From Candidatus Hermodarchaeota archaeon (lineage in GTDB: Archaea; Asgardarchaeota; Heimdallarchaeia; Hodarchaeales; Hodarchaeaceae), in the NCBI GenBank assembly GCA_048886185.1, contig JBHLKY010000014.1:30001-62000 (forward strand): a stretch of 32,000 nucleotides of DNA, written 5' to 3'. A program made the translations under genes and the position numbers. Below the pieces are notes generated by a model. That model made no database searches and had not been told where the DNA came from. It worked only from the letters and a program-made list of their open reading frames with translations. Below are positions 1 through 8,616 of this stretch, one piece after another. How positions within the stretch are numbered: the first letter of the stretch is position 1; each line of letters starts with the position of its first letter.

Positions 1-389
1 ACACCTTCAAGTTGAGGAATTTTCAGTTGCCTATTCATGGTATGAAGGGTTTTGACAAGTCCTTTGAGATCCTGACCTATCGCTTGGGTGGCTGCAGCTT
101 GCTCCAACTTAAATTTAATACCTTTTACACGACTTGCCATTTGTTGGCATCCACGAGCCATGGTTCGATTTTTCGCAACATCTTTAGCTAATAATCGTGC
201 AGTGGTCATGTCACCAGCTTCTATGGATCTTTCAACTTCTTTAAGCATCTGCTTTTCTTCTTTGAGGAGCTTATTTCGCTGACGATTCATGCGTTTTTCG
301 ACCATACGAAGCCTGACGATCCACTTACGAGTAGACCTAGAATCGCTCCCTCCGCCTTTTAACCAATTACCAAATTTATCAAAGACCAC
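1..389 (-). CDS. ESCRT-III protein, Vps2/24/46 (ESCRT-IIIA) class; 3' end runs off the window
   Basis: Not in the ORF track. Manual translation from GTG at 389 (GAGGT at 401-397 upstream) gives MVFDKFGNWLKGGGSDSRSTRKWIVRLRMVEKRMNRQRNKLLKEEKQMLKEVERSIEAGDMTTARLLAKDVAKNR...KLEQAAATQAIGQDLKGLVKTLHTMNRQLKIPQLEG, open to position 1. The basic helical hairpin and 'ARLLAKD' pattern fit Vps2/Vps24/Did2. Confidence 0.88.
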   Translation of the reverse strand, partial: MVFDKFGNWLKGGGSDSRSTRKWIVRLRMVEKRMNRQRNKLLKEEKQMLKEVERSIEAGDMTTARLLAKDVAKNRTMARGCQQMASRVKGIKFKLEQAAATQAIGQDLKGLVKTLHTMNRQLKIPQLEG

Positions 390-391
390 TT

Positions 392-1051
392 TTAGGACCT
401 CAATCCTTCTTCAATCTGTCGTCTCATTTCATCAAGTTTCTTTTTCTCAGCTTCACGTTTATCAGGAGTTTCCGAGACAGGTGTGACAGGGGTTCGTGTT
501 TCAGCAGTTGTTCCTGGTAAGGAACTAGTGGTTAATTCTGCTTCTAACTCAGCCATTTGTTTAGCGATACGATCATCTGCTTCAACATCCATCCCGATTT
601 CAGTAATTGAAGTATCCGTTAATGCTTCCTCCATTCCCGAAACCATCTCTATAGAGTCCTCCAACGCCATCATTACCTCCTCGGTTTTTTCGGGAGATGC
701 AGCCTCAATATTAGAATCAATAGCTAGTTGAGCAGAAGCTAAGGTTTCAGTTAAAGTAACATTATCAGCAGATACATCCAGGGTATCAATCGTTCGTTGT
801 AGGTTAGCAATTTTATTGTGAGTATTGGAAACCTGAGTTAAATAGAGTTCCCGTCGTTTTAATGCCTGCTGTGCGCCCATCTTATTTCCTGATTTCATCA
901 ACGTTCGAGCAAGCTCATATTGTTCATCAGCTTGGCGTTGATAATTTCGGATCTTAACTTCCATTTGGTTGATGGTACGTTTGAGCTTGGCTTTGGTTTC
1001 AGTGGAGCTAGAGGGTTTGCTGCCAGTTAAAAAACCTCTTAATCGTTTCAA
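392..1051 (-). CDS. ESCRT-III protein, Snf7/Vps20/32/60 (ESCRT-IIIB) class
   Basis: Basic N-terminal helices with GNKMGAQQALKRRELY (Snf7 'G.k..Al.aLKrKk.y' motif), acidic C-terminal half, Pro-rich linker and terminal amphipathic helix. TTG start. Confidence 0.9.
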   Translation of the reverse strand: MKRLRGFLTGSKPSSSTETKAKLKRTINQMEVKIRNYQRQADEQYELARTLMKSGNKMGAQQALKRRELYLTQVSNTHNKIANLQRTIDTLDVSADNVTLTETLASAQLAIDSNIEAASPEKTEEVMMALEDSIEMVSGMEEALTDTSITEIGMDVEADDRIAKQMAELEAELTTSSLPGTTAETRTPVTPVSETPDKREAEKKKLDEMRRQIEEGLRS

Positions 1052-1265
1052 CGGTTAAATCATCTCATTAAATTTATTGATGTATAATTATCAAACTTAT
1101 CAGTTATAAAGTCTTCAGATGTACCTTAAGTTAGAAATACTTAAATCTTTCCCATAAGTACCCCTTGACGGCTTCTGATGGTTTAAAAATGATGATATAC
1201 GTGTTTTAATTGTAAGTTCTGAAAGAATATAGTCTAAATAAACTATTCTTCTTTCAAGGAAGGTA

Positions 1266-1979
1266 TTAAACCCCTGGAAAAGAAATAACAATTCCATCCA
1301 GAGTCTCACTTCTAATAGCGATTTTTTGTTGAATTAATTGCATAATTGCTTGATTAACACGTTCCATTGTCCATGATGTCTCACGAACCAATTCAGTTAA
1401 ACTCATCTGGCCGTGAAAGCGAGCTGCCAATTCTAAGATGACTTGATGATCTTGGGTTAAGTTAGGATCAATGAAAACCACTATATTCATCCCTCCGATT
1501 TGCCTGATATCATGAATCATCCTATTCTTCTTAAGTAAATTGAGGGCTGTAGTGATATCATTGATTGAGGTTGTAATGCCTTGACTTTCATCTCCTAGCT
1601 TTAATGCTAATTCAGAGACACTAAGGAGCCCCCCCGTCTCATTTCGGATTTCCTTACCAATTTCAAGTATACGTAGAGCCAGAAAATTGTGATAATCATT
1701 CTTTCCTTTTCTCTTCGGTGTTCCGACATCATAAACTCCGATTGCACGAGGAAGGCCTAATTCCTCCCGTACAGCCATTAATCGCTGAGCAAGTGCTGGA
1801 TTTTTCTTGAGATCATCCTCATATCTTTTCTCCAGCTTATGTAAATCAGAATGCAGCTCTTTAACCTTAGCTGCCATTGTATCTAATGATTTTAAGGCAT
1901 ATTGAGCCCCCTTACGCCTCATCTCAGCTTCTTTGGTTAGTTTCTCTTCAATTTTCCTGATTCCCATGATATTGGCCAT
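1266..1979 (-). CDS. vps22: ESCRT-II subunit Vps22/EAP30-like (tandem winged helix)
   Basis: MGIRKIEEK N-terminus, DLKKNPALAQRL, DYHNFLALRILEIG and GGLLSVSEL match EAP30/Snf8 conserved blocks. Confidence 0.88.
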   Translation of the reverse strand: MANIMGIRKIEEKLTKEAEMRRKGAQYALKSLDTMAAKVKELHSDLHKLEKRYEDDLKKNPALAQRLMAVREELGLPRAIGVYDVGTPKRKGKNDYHNFLALRILEIGKEIRNETGGLLSVSELALKLGDESQGITTSINDITTALNLLKKNRMIHDIRQIGGMNIVVFIDPNLTQDHQVILELAARFHGQMSLTELVRETSWTMERVNQAIMQLIQQKIAIRSETLDGIVISFPGV

Positions 1980-2015
1980 CCTATGATGCTTTCATATTGT
2001 TTTGACTCAAATTCA

Positions 2016-2035
2016 TTTATAATCCTTTATAATCC
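2016..2035 (-). promoter_or_regulatory. Tandem TATA-like repeat (GGATTATAAA x2 on the minus strand) upstream of vps22
   Basis: Perfect 10-bp direct repeat TTTATAATCC at 2016-2025 and 2026-2035, 37-56 nt upstream of the vps22 ATG. Confidence 0.4.
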
Positions 2036-2264
2036 GATACCAGAAAATCATGCTTAAGATGATATTGTCTTTATTTTAAGTTCATTACTAGTTGTTTTAC
2101 CACTAACACCAGCTATTCAATTATTTACTTAACTGATGATTGAATCTGTTAAGCAAAATTAGAAATCCTACAATTCCCCCTTTTAATGTTAATGCATATC
2201 ATGTCAAGAGTTCTTATGCTTATAAATCCGAAGCTAGAGTTTATACCTGCTGGGATCACACACG

Positions 2265-3611
2265 GTGCTTGAGATGACTTCAGGGATATCAAATTTTTAT
2301 TGTTCATTTTGTGGCACAATGATTCGTGAATTGGATTCCCAGAAGTGTCTCGATTGTGGAGCTGCATTTTGCCAGCGATGTGCTTCACATTTACAGGTTA
2401 ATTCATCTCAGTTTAAGTGCTCTTGTGGATCAACAAATATTGAGAAAGATTCTTCCCCCCAGAATATGAAAACAGAAGCTTTAGAACAGATTTTTGAGTT
2501 AAAGCGTGCACTTAAACAAGTTGGTTACCGACCCGTCATCGTGCTTAAACGAACTGGACATCTTGAATCCAGATTACGCTCTTTTAGAAAGCAATTCTTA
2601 ATCCCAGGAAATCAAATTGACAAAATTTTTCTTGAAACCAAGAAAATTGAAAATTTCACTCTATCTGAATTTCAGGAATATTCTTCTAAATTAAACCGAT
2701 TGTACCGTAGTTTAATGGGTTTAGATTCCTCTTTTTCAGATCATCGTAATTTTTCGCTTCAGCTTACTCTTTTTCAAAAACAAGTTAAAAGTTTTGATCA
2801 GACAGTCCAAGACAAAATCAACCCAATTCATGTACTGATTGAGGATATTGAGACCCAATGTGATGTCATTGAAGAAATGTCACGTCATCTCAAGCGATGT
2901 TTTGACGCCTTTGTCTTTGTTCCTGGAGAGTTAATTATTGGCTATTTTCCAAATATTGAACTTCAGAATAGTCGGATGAGAAAGACCAGTATCGATGTGT
3001 TAATCACAACAGATAGAGTTGTTTTAGTTAAATGGAAAAGATTCAATCTCAGAGGACAAAGGACGAAAAAATTGGATGAATTTCCACCAGAAGATTTAAT
3101 AGACGTCCAAAAAACGAAAGTTGGCCTTTTAAAGCGTCATAAACTTCAAATTACAACAATTAAACATGATTATGAGTTACGAACTGATGGAGATACTCTT
3201 ATGCGAATCTTTGACGCCCTACAACTCAGTTATTACGGTCGGCCCAGTGAAATCTATGTTCATGAACCTTTCCGTGATTGGTCCTCAGAAAATTATCAAG
3301 AAAAAATTCTTTCCGCACTCAATTTCAATACAAATGAAATGAGTACTGCAAAAGGAGCCACTGAATTACAATCCACCCAGCAAAGAACACCAGATTTTGT
3401 AACAGGGGTCCTTGATGATAGATTACGTGATCTCCGATTGCGTAAGCTTGCTAATGAAAAAGCACTTCAGGAACTCAAGGAGGGACGTAAAAAGGTTTCT
3501 AGTCGTGATTATTTTGAACTAATTAAACAATTTGAATTAGAGCTTGCTAAAATAAACGAAGCTATCACTGAGCTCCTTGTTCGAACCGGAAAAACTAATC
3601 TGTTTGGGTAA
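2265..3611 (+). CDS. ESCRT-associated multidomain protein: FYVE-like 8-Cys Zn finger + coiled coil + PH/GLUE-like domain + C-terminal steadiness-box-like helical hairpin
   Basis: CSFC-x10-CLDC-x4-CQRC-x12-CSC; ELIIGYFPN...VLITTDRVVLVKW...KLQITT resembles GLUE/PH; the C-terminus LQELKEGRKKVSSRDYFELIKQFELEL resembles the SB motif of the neighbouring Vps23. Real start may be ATG 2274. Confidence 0.6.
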   Translation: MLEMTSGISNFYCSFCGTMIRELDSQKCLDCGAAFCQRCASHLQVNSSQFKCSCGSTNIEKDSSPQNMKTEALEQIFELKRALKQVGYRPVIVLKRTGHLESRLRSFRKQFLIPGNQIDKIFLETKKIENFTLSEFQEYSSKLNRLYRSLMGLDSSFSDHRNFSLQLTLFQKQVKSFDQTVQDKINPIHVLIEDIETQCDVIEEMSRHLKRCFDAFVFVPGELIIGYFPNIELQNSRMRKTSIDVLITTDRVVLVKWKRFNLRGQRTKKLDEFPPEDLIDVQKTKVGLLKRHKLQITTIKHDYELRTDGDTLMRIFDALQLSYYGRPSEIYVHEPFRDWSSENYQEKILSALNFNTNEMSTAKGATELQSTQQRTPDFVTGVLDDRLRDLRLRKLANEKALQELKEGRKKVSSRDYFELIKQFELELAKINEAITELLVRTGKTNLFG

Positions 3612-3616
3612 GAATA

Positions 3617-4225
3617 TCAGAGATTACTCATTTCTCTTCGAAAATCAGATAACCATCTTGCGACCTGCAATTCTAGCTTCTGCAGCTCATCTTGTTTTAA
3701 CAGCTGACCTGGTTTTTGCCTATCCATCCATTTAATCCATTGGTCAATATCTTGAGTGACCCAGTGATTGGAGCCATATAACCGAGTATTAGTCAAAATG
3801 GCACATAATTCATCGAGATAAGGTAGAACACGATCTACTGTTGCTATAGCTTCAAGACGTAGAAGATCAAGTAATTCAATGGCATTAGCAACAAATTCAG
3901 CAGCAATACTTGGTAATTTCTTAATTTGGCTGTAATCAATGCGATTTCGAGGAGTTTCATCAGTTCCTTCGGTTTTTCGAAGTTTTTCTAATCCATATGG
4001 ATATTTTTGGTCGATTTTTTCAGCCCGAATGAATTCATTCAAGTTAAAATTATAATCTTCCAATTTTGCTCTAATAGATACAATCGTGGACAATAAATTC
4101 TTGTGTTGCTTGTGAAAAATATTGGGATCAATCTCACCTTTTTCATACGTTCGTGAAAGCAAGTCAAGTGTGCCAATACATGCATATAATTGTCCTTCCA
4201 ATTCCCAACGGTTCACTAAAGTCAT
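3617..4225 (-). CDS. vps28: ESCRT-I subunit Vps28
   Basis: LYACIGTLDLLSRTYEKGEIDPNIF and AAEFVANAIELLDLLRL...DRVLPYLDEL match the Vps28 N-terminal core and C-terminal four-helix bundle. Confidence 0.9.
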   Translation of the reverse strand: MTLVNRWELEGQLYACIGTLDLLSRTYEKGEIDPNIFHKQHKNLLSTIVSIRAKLEDYNFNLNEFIRAEKIDQKYPYGLEKLRKTEGTDETPRNRIDYSQIKKLPSIAAEFVANAIELLDLLRLEAIATVDRVLPYLDELCAILTNTRLYGSNHWVTQDIDQWIKWMDRQKPGQLLKQDELQKLELQVARWLSDFRREMSNL

Positions 4226-4235
4226 GAATCCTATC

Positions 4236-4982
4236 CTATCCCTGATATTCCAATTGTTTTCGAATTATATAAAGTTCTTTAGTATATTTTTTGTATAAGC
4301 GTGAGTATTCGAAAATGGAAATCTCACCTGAAGCATATCGATCTTCCAATGCTGCTAGTAATTCAGATAGGGCAATATGTTCTGATTCGAGATTAGCTTG
4401 AGCTGAAAGCCTTGTGGGTTCCACCTTCTGTGTAGATGGCATTTGAACCATCTGTTGGGCACGTAATCGCGCCAATTCTTCATCTTTAGCTTGCATCTGT
4501 TGAGTTAGTGAAGATATCTCCATTCTTAATGCAGATGTTTCAGCGGAGGTCGTTTGACGCTCAATAGTAGGAGGGGTCTCCGCTAATCTAGCTACTGTTT
4601 CTCTTACTGTCTTGGCAGTCTCTCCTCGTGGAGTTGGAGGAACTCGTGACATAAGATTCTTCAATGCTATAATCACTTGATAGAGATGGAACTCCGCACG
4701 CCAATTATCCAAGATTCGGAGCTGGATAAACCCATCATTATCGATATTTGGATGATCCATGACTCCAACAGCAGTTACGACTGGTGCCACATTAGGGAAG
4801 TACTCTGGGAGAAAAATTTCGAAAGTAAACATATTACGCCCGCGATTTGTAGTATAAGTTAATGTTCCTTGCCATTTAGCTAGGGATTCTCCTACGGGGT
4901 TAAAACCTGACGCAGCTGAATTTGAAAAAACTAATTGTGCCTCACGGGCTAATATAAAATCTCGATCCATCTTGATAACCAT
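4236..4982 (-). CDS. vps23: ESCRT-I subunit Vps23/TSG101-like (UEV + coiled coil + steadiness box)
   Basis: UBC fold with HPNIDNDGFIQL (catalytic Cys replaced by Gln), Pro/Thr linker, coiled coil, and C-terminal SB motif LLAALEDRYASGEISIFEYSRLYKKYTKEL. Confidence 0.88.
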   Translation of the reverse strand: MVIKMDRDFILAREAQLVFSNSAASGFNPVGESLAKWQGTLTYTTNRGRNMFTFEIFLPEYFPNVAPVVTAVGVMDHPNIDNDGFIQLRILDNWRAEFHLYQVIIALKNLMSRVPPTPRGETAKTVRETVARLAETPPTIERQTTSAETSALRMEISSLTQQMQAKDEELARLRAQQMVQMPSTQKVEPTRLSAQANLESEHIALSELLAALEDRYASGEISIFEYSRLYKKYTKELYIIRKQLEYQG

Positions 4983-5264
4983 TCTGTTTGTGTTTATTTC
5001 GGCTTGTTTACACTTGTTTGAAACCTCTTAAAAAAGCCTCACAATAAGGAACCTTATAAAACTGTTCACTAGTCCTAATATGTTTTTTCTTTGCTAAAAT
5101 CTGCATAATAATTATATTGGTTTAATTCTCGACTCTGATAGGGACAATGACCTGAAAAAATGATCCTTTTGAAGTATAAAATTTCTTATTTACCTTAAAT
5201 TATAAAATATTCTCATAAAATTCTTTCTCATATATTTATCCTCTGGAATAGAGATAAATCTCCT

Positions 5265-6479
5265 TTATCTTCCCCTAGGTGTTTTCACAGAAGTTAAGAA
5301 ATCTAAAATTGCCTCTCCCAAAAGCTCAAATGCTTGTTCAATATTCTGTCCTGTTTTGGCACTTGTTGGAAGATAATGGATCTTAAATCCACGGTATTGC
5401 TCTGAAACGTGAGACAATCTAGCAACGAACGCTTGTACCTTTTTTTCAGATACGCAGGGCATACCTACTTCCCGTAAGTCAACTTTATTTCCTAAAACAA
5501 TTAATGGAACTGGACCCCGTCCATTGTTTCTCCATAACTCATTCATCCATTTTACAATATTTTGGAAGCTCTCTGGTCGTGTCATGTCGAAAACAACCAA
5601 AGCACCCACAGCACTCATGTAATAGATTTTTCTTACATTACTGAATCGGGGTTGTCCTGCTAGATCCCAAATAAGGTATTTTATTTGTTTTCCCCCAGCA
5701 TAGACGAGATCAGATGTTTTAGCAGCTAGATCAGCACCAATTGTCATTTGATAATCGATTTTAAATCCTTCTCCAAGGTAACGTCTTCGAATAGATGTTT
5801 TACCAACTGCACCGTCCCCGATCAAAATGACTTTTAATGTATGATGTTCTTGAACGAGAGTTGCTTTAATGGATTCGATAGCACGATCGATAGCTGCTCG
5901 CAACTCTTGGTTACTCTGGATATCTTTATTTGGATACTGCTTCAAAATTTGGCAAACTTGAAATGATAAAGAGGTAATTTTATCCCTATGAACATGTTTA
6001 GAAGTGACTATTGCCACAATGAATAACTCCTCGACAATAAAAAAGTGGAAAGTCTGAGATTCTAGAGAAAGATCTTCTAGCAATTCCCCCAAATTATGTG
6101 TATAATGTGTTATTGTATTTAGGATGAGACTAACTGAATCCTGATAATTAATTGTTTTTGATAATAGATAATGAAACAATGGATTCCCACTGTTCGTAAA
6201 ACACGAAACCATGTAGATATCTTCAGTGCTTTTAGCTTCCAACCTAAATTCTCTAAATTTTTCTTTGTAATCTTTCTCAGTTTTTTCAGCTTGAGAATAA
6301 GCTTCTTCTAAGATGCTTAAGTAATCCCTCCGTCCAGACATGGCATCTTCTAGATCCACTTTTACTTTTAGTGCAAACTCTTCCATTTCATCAGCTTTAG
6401 ATTTATCAAATAATCTTGTGTCAAATGCTTTCTGTTTTTTTTCCTTTTTCTCTTGGAAAAAAGGATTATTTTCGCCCAT
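5265..6479 (-). CDS. Rab-like small GTPase fused to an N-terminal charged helical region and longin-like domain
   Basis: G1 GDGAVGKT, G3 WDLAGQ, G4 NKVD, G5 TSAK. RabF-like IGADL, KYLIW, RFSNV, YYMSA, LVVFDM. The middle domain (IYMVSCFTNSGNPLFHY...FIVAIVT) has a longin-like beta/alpha pattern. Confidence 0.82.
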   Translation of the reverse strand: MGENNPFFQEKKEKKQKAFDTRLFDKSKADEMEEFALKVKVDLEDAMSGRRDYLSILEEAYSQAEKTEKDYKEKFREFRLEAKSTEDIYMVSCFTNSGNPLFHYLLSKTINYQDSVSLILNTITHYTHNLGELLEDLSLESQTFHFFIVEELFIVAIVTSKHVHRDKITSLSFQVCQILKQYPNKDIQSNQELRAAIDRAIESIKATLVQEHHTLKVILIGDGAVGKTSIRRRYLGEGFKIDYQMTIGADLAAKTSDLVYAGGKQIKYLIWDLAGQPRFSNVRKIYYMSAVGALVVFDMTRPESFQNIVKWMNELWRNNGRGPVPLIVLGNKVDLREVGMPCVSEKKVQAFVARLSHVSEQYRGFKIHYLPTSAKTGQNIEQAFELLGEAILDFLTSVKTPRGR

Positions 6480-6656
6480 GTCGATTACTTACTCCGATAA
6501 CTTATTAAAAAGTTGAGACATTTTATCCTCTAAAAGTCTTTATCATAAAGCCTTTATTATCTTATAATATCATATTCCTTTGAATCTTGATTAAAAAAAT
6601 GAAACTTATAAAAGAAAGATAATTCTTCTGTTTTCTCTCTGAACTAAAATATATTC

Positions 6657-7658
6657 TTGGAAGAACAGCTGATGGGTGAATTGTTAGGTCCTTTGGATGA
6701 TCAGATAATTATTTGGATACAGACTTTTAGTCCACTTTTTGATTTTATATTTGGATTAGTTACTTTGTTTGGAGACGAACTCGTTGTTGTATTAATTATT
6801 GGTTTTTTATTTTTCTGTATTGACAAAAAGATAGCAATCAGGAGTGCATTTCTGGTTGTTATTACATACTTTTTTACAATTTTGCTCAAAGGTTACTTTG
6901 GACTTCAACGGCCATATATTGTCAATAGTGCTGAAATAAAAGGAATTCCCGATTTATTAGGCCAGCTTCCTGATGATTATACCTTTCCGAGTGGGCATTC
7001 ATCAAATGTGGGAGCGTTTTGGAGTTATTTAGCAAGTAAATGTCGCCATCGTAGTTTTTGGGTCTTAGCGATCTTGATGATTATAATTATCCCTATTTCA
7101 CGAGTTTATCTGGGCGTACATTGGCCAACAGACATCATTATTGGCGTTTTTCTAGGTGTATTGGTTAGCCTCATTTTTATTTTCCTTTTACCAAAAGTTG
7201 AAGGATTCATTGATAAGGCCAATCCGATATTTTTAGCATTTATGGCTATTATAATCCCAATTATGGGTGTTATCGTTTCTTATCTACTCATACTTAGCAT
7301 GGGTAACCAAATAGAATATGCAGACCCCAGTCCGATGGGGGGATTGTTTGTTGGCTTATCAATAGGAGCGATGCTTGAGCATAGATTTGTGAATCTAAAA
7401 GTAAAAGAGTACCGAGAGAATAAGAAGGTCCTTGTTTATCGTGCGGTCTTAGGCCTCATTGTTATCCTTGGTACATATCTAAGTATGAGTGTGATATTCG
7501 GATTACTGTTTGAAGAATGGCCGCTCAAACAGATATCACGATTCTGTAGATATGCGATACTAGCATTCGTTGGAATCTTTTGTCTTCCTTGGTTGTTTGT
7601 CTTTATTGAACAAAAACTTTCATTAGAGCCAAATATTCCCAAAAAAATGATTTTGTGA
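6657..7658 (+). CDS. PAP2-family integral membrane (lipid) phosphatase
   Basis: C1 KGYFGLQRP, C2 FPSGH, C3 SRVYLGVHWPTD; multiple hydrophobic TM segments. Confidence 0.93.
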   Translation: MEEQLMGELLGPLDDQIIIWIQTFSPLFDFIFGLVTLFGDELVVVLIIGFLFFCIDKKIAIRSAFLVVITYFFTILLKGYFGLQRPYIVNSAEIKGIPDLLGQLPDDYTFPSGHSSNVGAFWSYLASKCRHRSFWVLAILMIIIIPISRVYLGVHWPTDIIIGVFLGVLVSLIFIFLLPKVEGFIDKANPIFLAFMAIIIPIMGVIVSYLLILSMGNQIEYADPSPMGGLFVGLSIGAMLEHRFVNLKVKEYRENKKVLVYRAVLGLIVILGTYLSMSVIFGLLFEEWPLKQISRFCRYAILAFVGIFCLPWLFVFIEQKLSLEPNIPKKMIL

Positions 7659-7755
7659 TTTAGATTCCAAAAGAAAACAAATAAGAAATATTATAGGAAA
7701 AGAAATTTAAGCGTTAAGAAACACGAATGTATCACTCTTTCGTGAGAGGAAACTT

Positions 7756-8502
7756 ATGTCTGAGTCTGAGTCTCTTCTGTGTCCCAATTGTTCGGAAAGA
7801 AGTCCAGCAGGATATATTCTCTGCCCATATTGTGGCTTCGATTTAACAAAGATTATGCGTGCTAGAGAGAGAGTTCGAGTTACGTTTAGAGAAAAATTTT
7901 CACGTATATATCGAAGTTTTATTGATCCTAGAGAGAGTAAACGTCTTTTTAAAGAGATTGGAGTCAATCCTGACCGCATTGGTGCCTTAATTGTTCTTTA
8001 TTTGGTTTCAGTTGCCTTTGGTTTTCGAGTTGGAGCTTTATTTGTAAAAGGTTCTTCTCCTTCATGGCACGGTTGGGAATTTATGTACTTCTTCATTGCC
8101 CCCTGGTTTGTTGCGATCGGTCTTATCATTCTTGCGATATTTGGATGGTTTATCAGCAGTCTTATAATTTGGTTAATTGCAAAAACTCTTGGAGGAAAAG
8201 CTAGTTTTCGTGATACTCAAGGAATAGTTGGTTACTCACTTGGACCACTCATTCCCGCGTCATTAATTGTAAATCTTTTGATTACATTCATAGGGACTAA
8301 TTTAGATTCTATTACTACAACATCTTGGATTAGATATTCTATATTTGAAATCCTTTATATCCCCTTTCTGGTACTCGCAGCGTATCACTGTGGTAATGGT
8401 ATTCGTACTGCTCATTTACTCAGTGAATATTATTCTTATGGTATTAGTGGTGGCCTCACTCTATTTTATGTTGTACTTTTTCTATTACCAAATATCCTAT
8501 AA
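7756..8502 (+). CDS. Zinc-ribbon + Yip1-domain membrane protein
   Basis: N-terminal CPNC...CPYCG; about five TM helices with IAKTLGGKASFRDTQGIVGYSLGP, the Yip1 'GG...f......vgYs..P' pattern. Confidence 0.8.
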   Translation: MSESESLLCPNCSERSPAGYILCPYCGFDLTKIMRARERVRVTFREKFSRIYRSFIDPRESKRLFKEIGVNPDRIGALIVLYLVSVAFGFRVGALFVKGSSPSWHGWEFMYFFIAPWFVAIGLIILAIFGWFISSLIIWLIAKTLGGKASFRDTQGIVGYSLGPLIPASLIVNLLITFIGTNLDSITTTSWIRYSIFEILYIPFLVLAAYHCGNGIRTAHLLSEYYSYGISGGLTLFYVVLFLLPNIL

Positions 8503-8616
8503 TGCAAAGATTAAATTACACCTATTTTAATAAAATTTAGAATAATTCTTCTTACTTGAAAAGAAGAGCTGAAAAATTCATTTTTCATAGTTTAAAATGA
8601 AATCTTGATACAAACA

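Noticed and set aside
88-731. Plus-strand ORFs 88-282, 289-486 and 483-731
   Set aside because: Antisense shadows of the ESCRT-III genes. The same applies to the other short track ORFs nested in or opposite well-supported genes.
1115-1309. 64-aa minus-strand ORF as a possible Vps25
   Set aside because: Too short, overlaps the vps22 end and has no Vps25 PPxY/F or winged-helix pattern.
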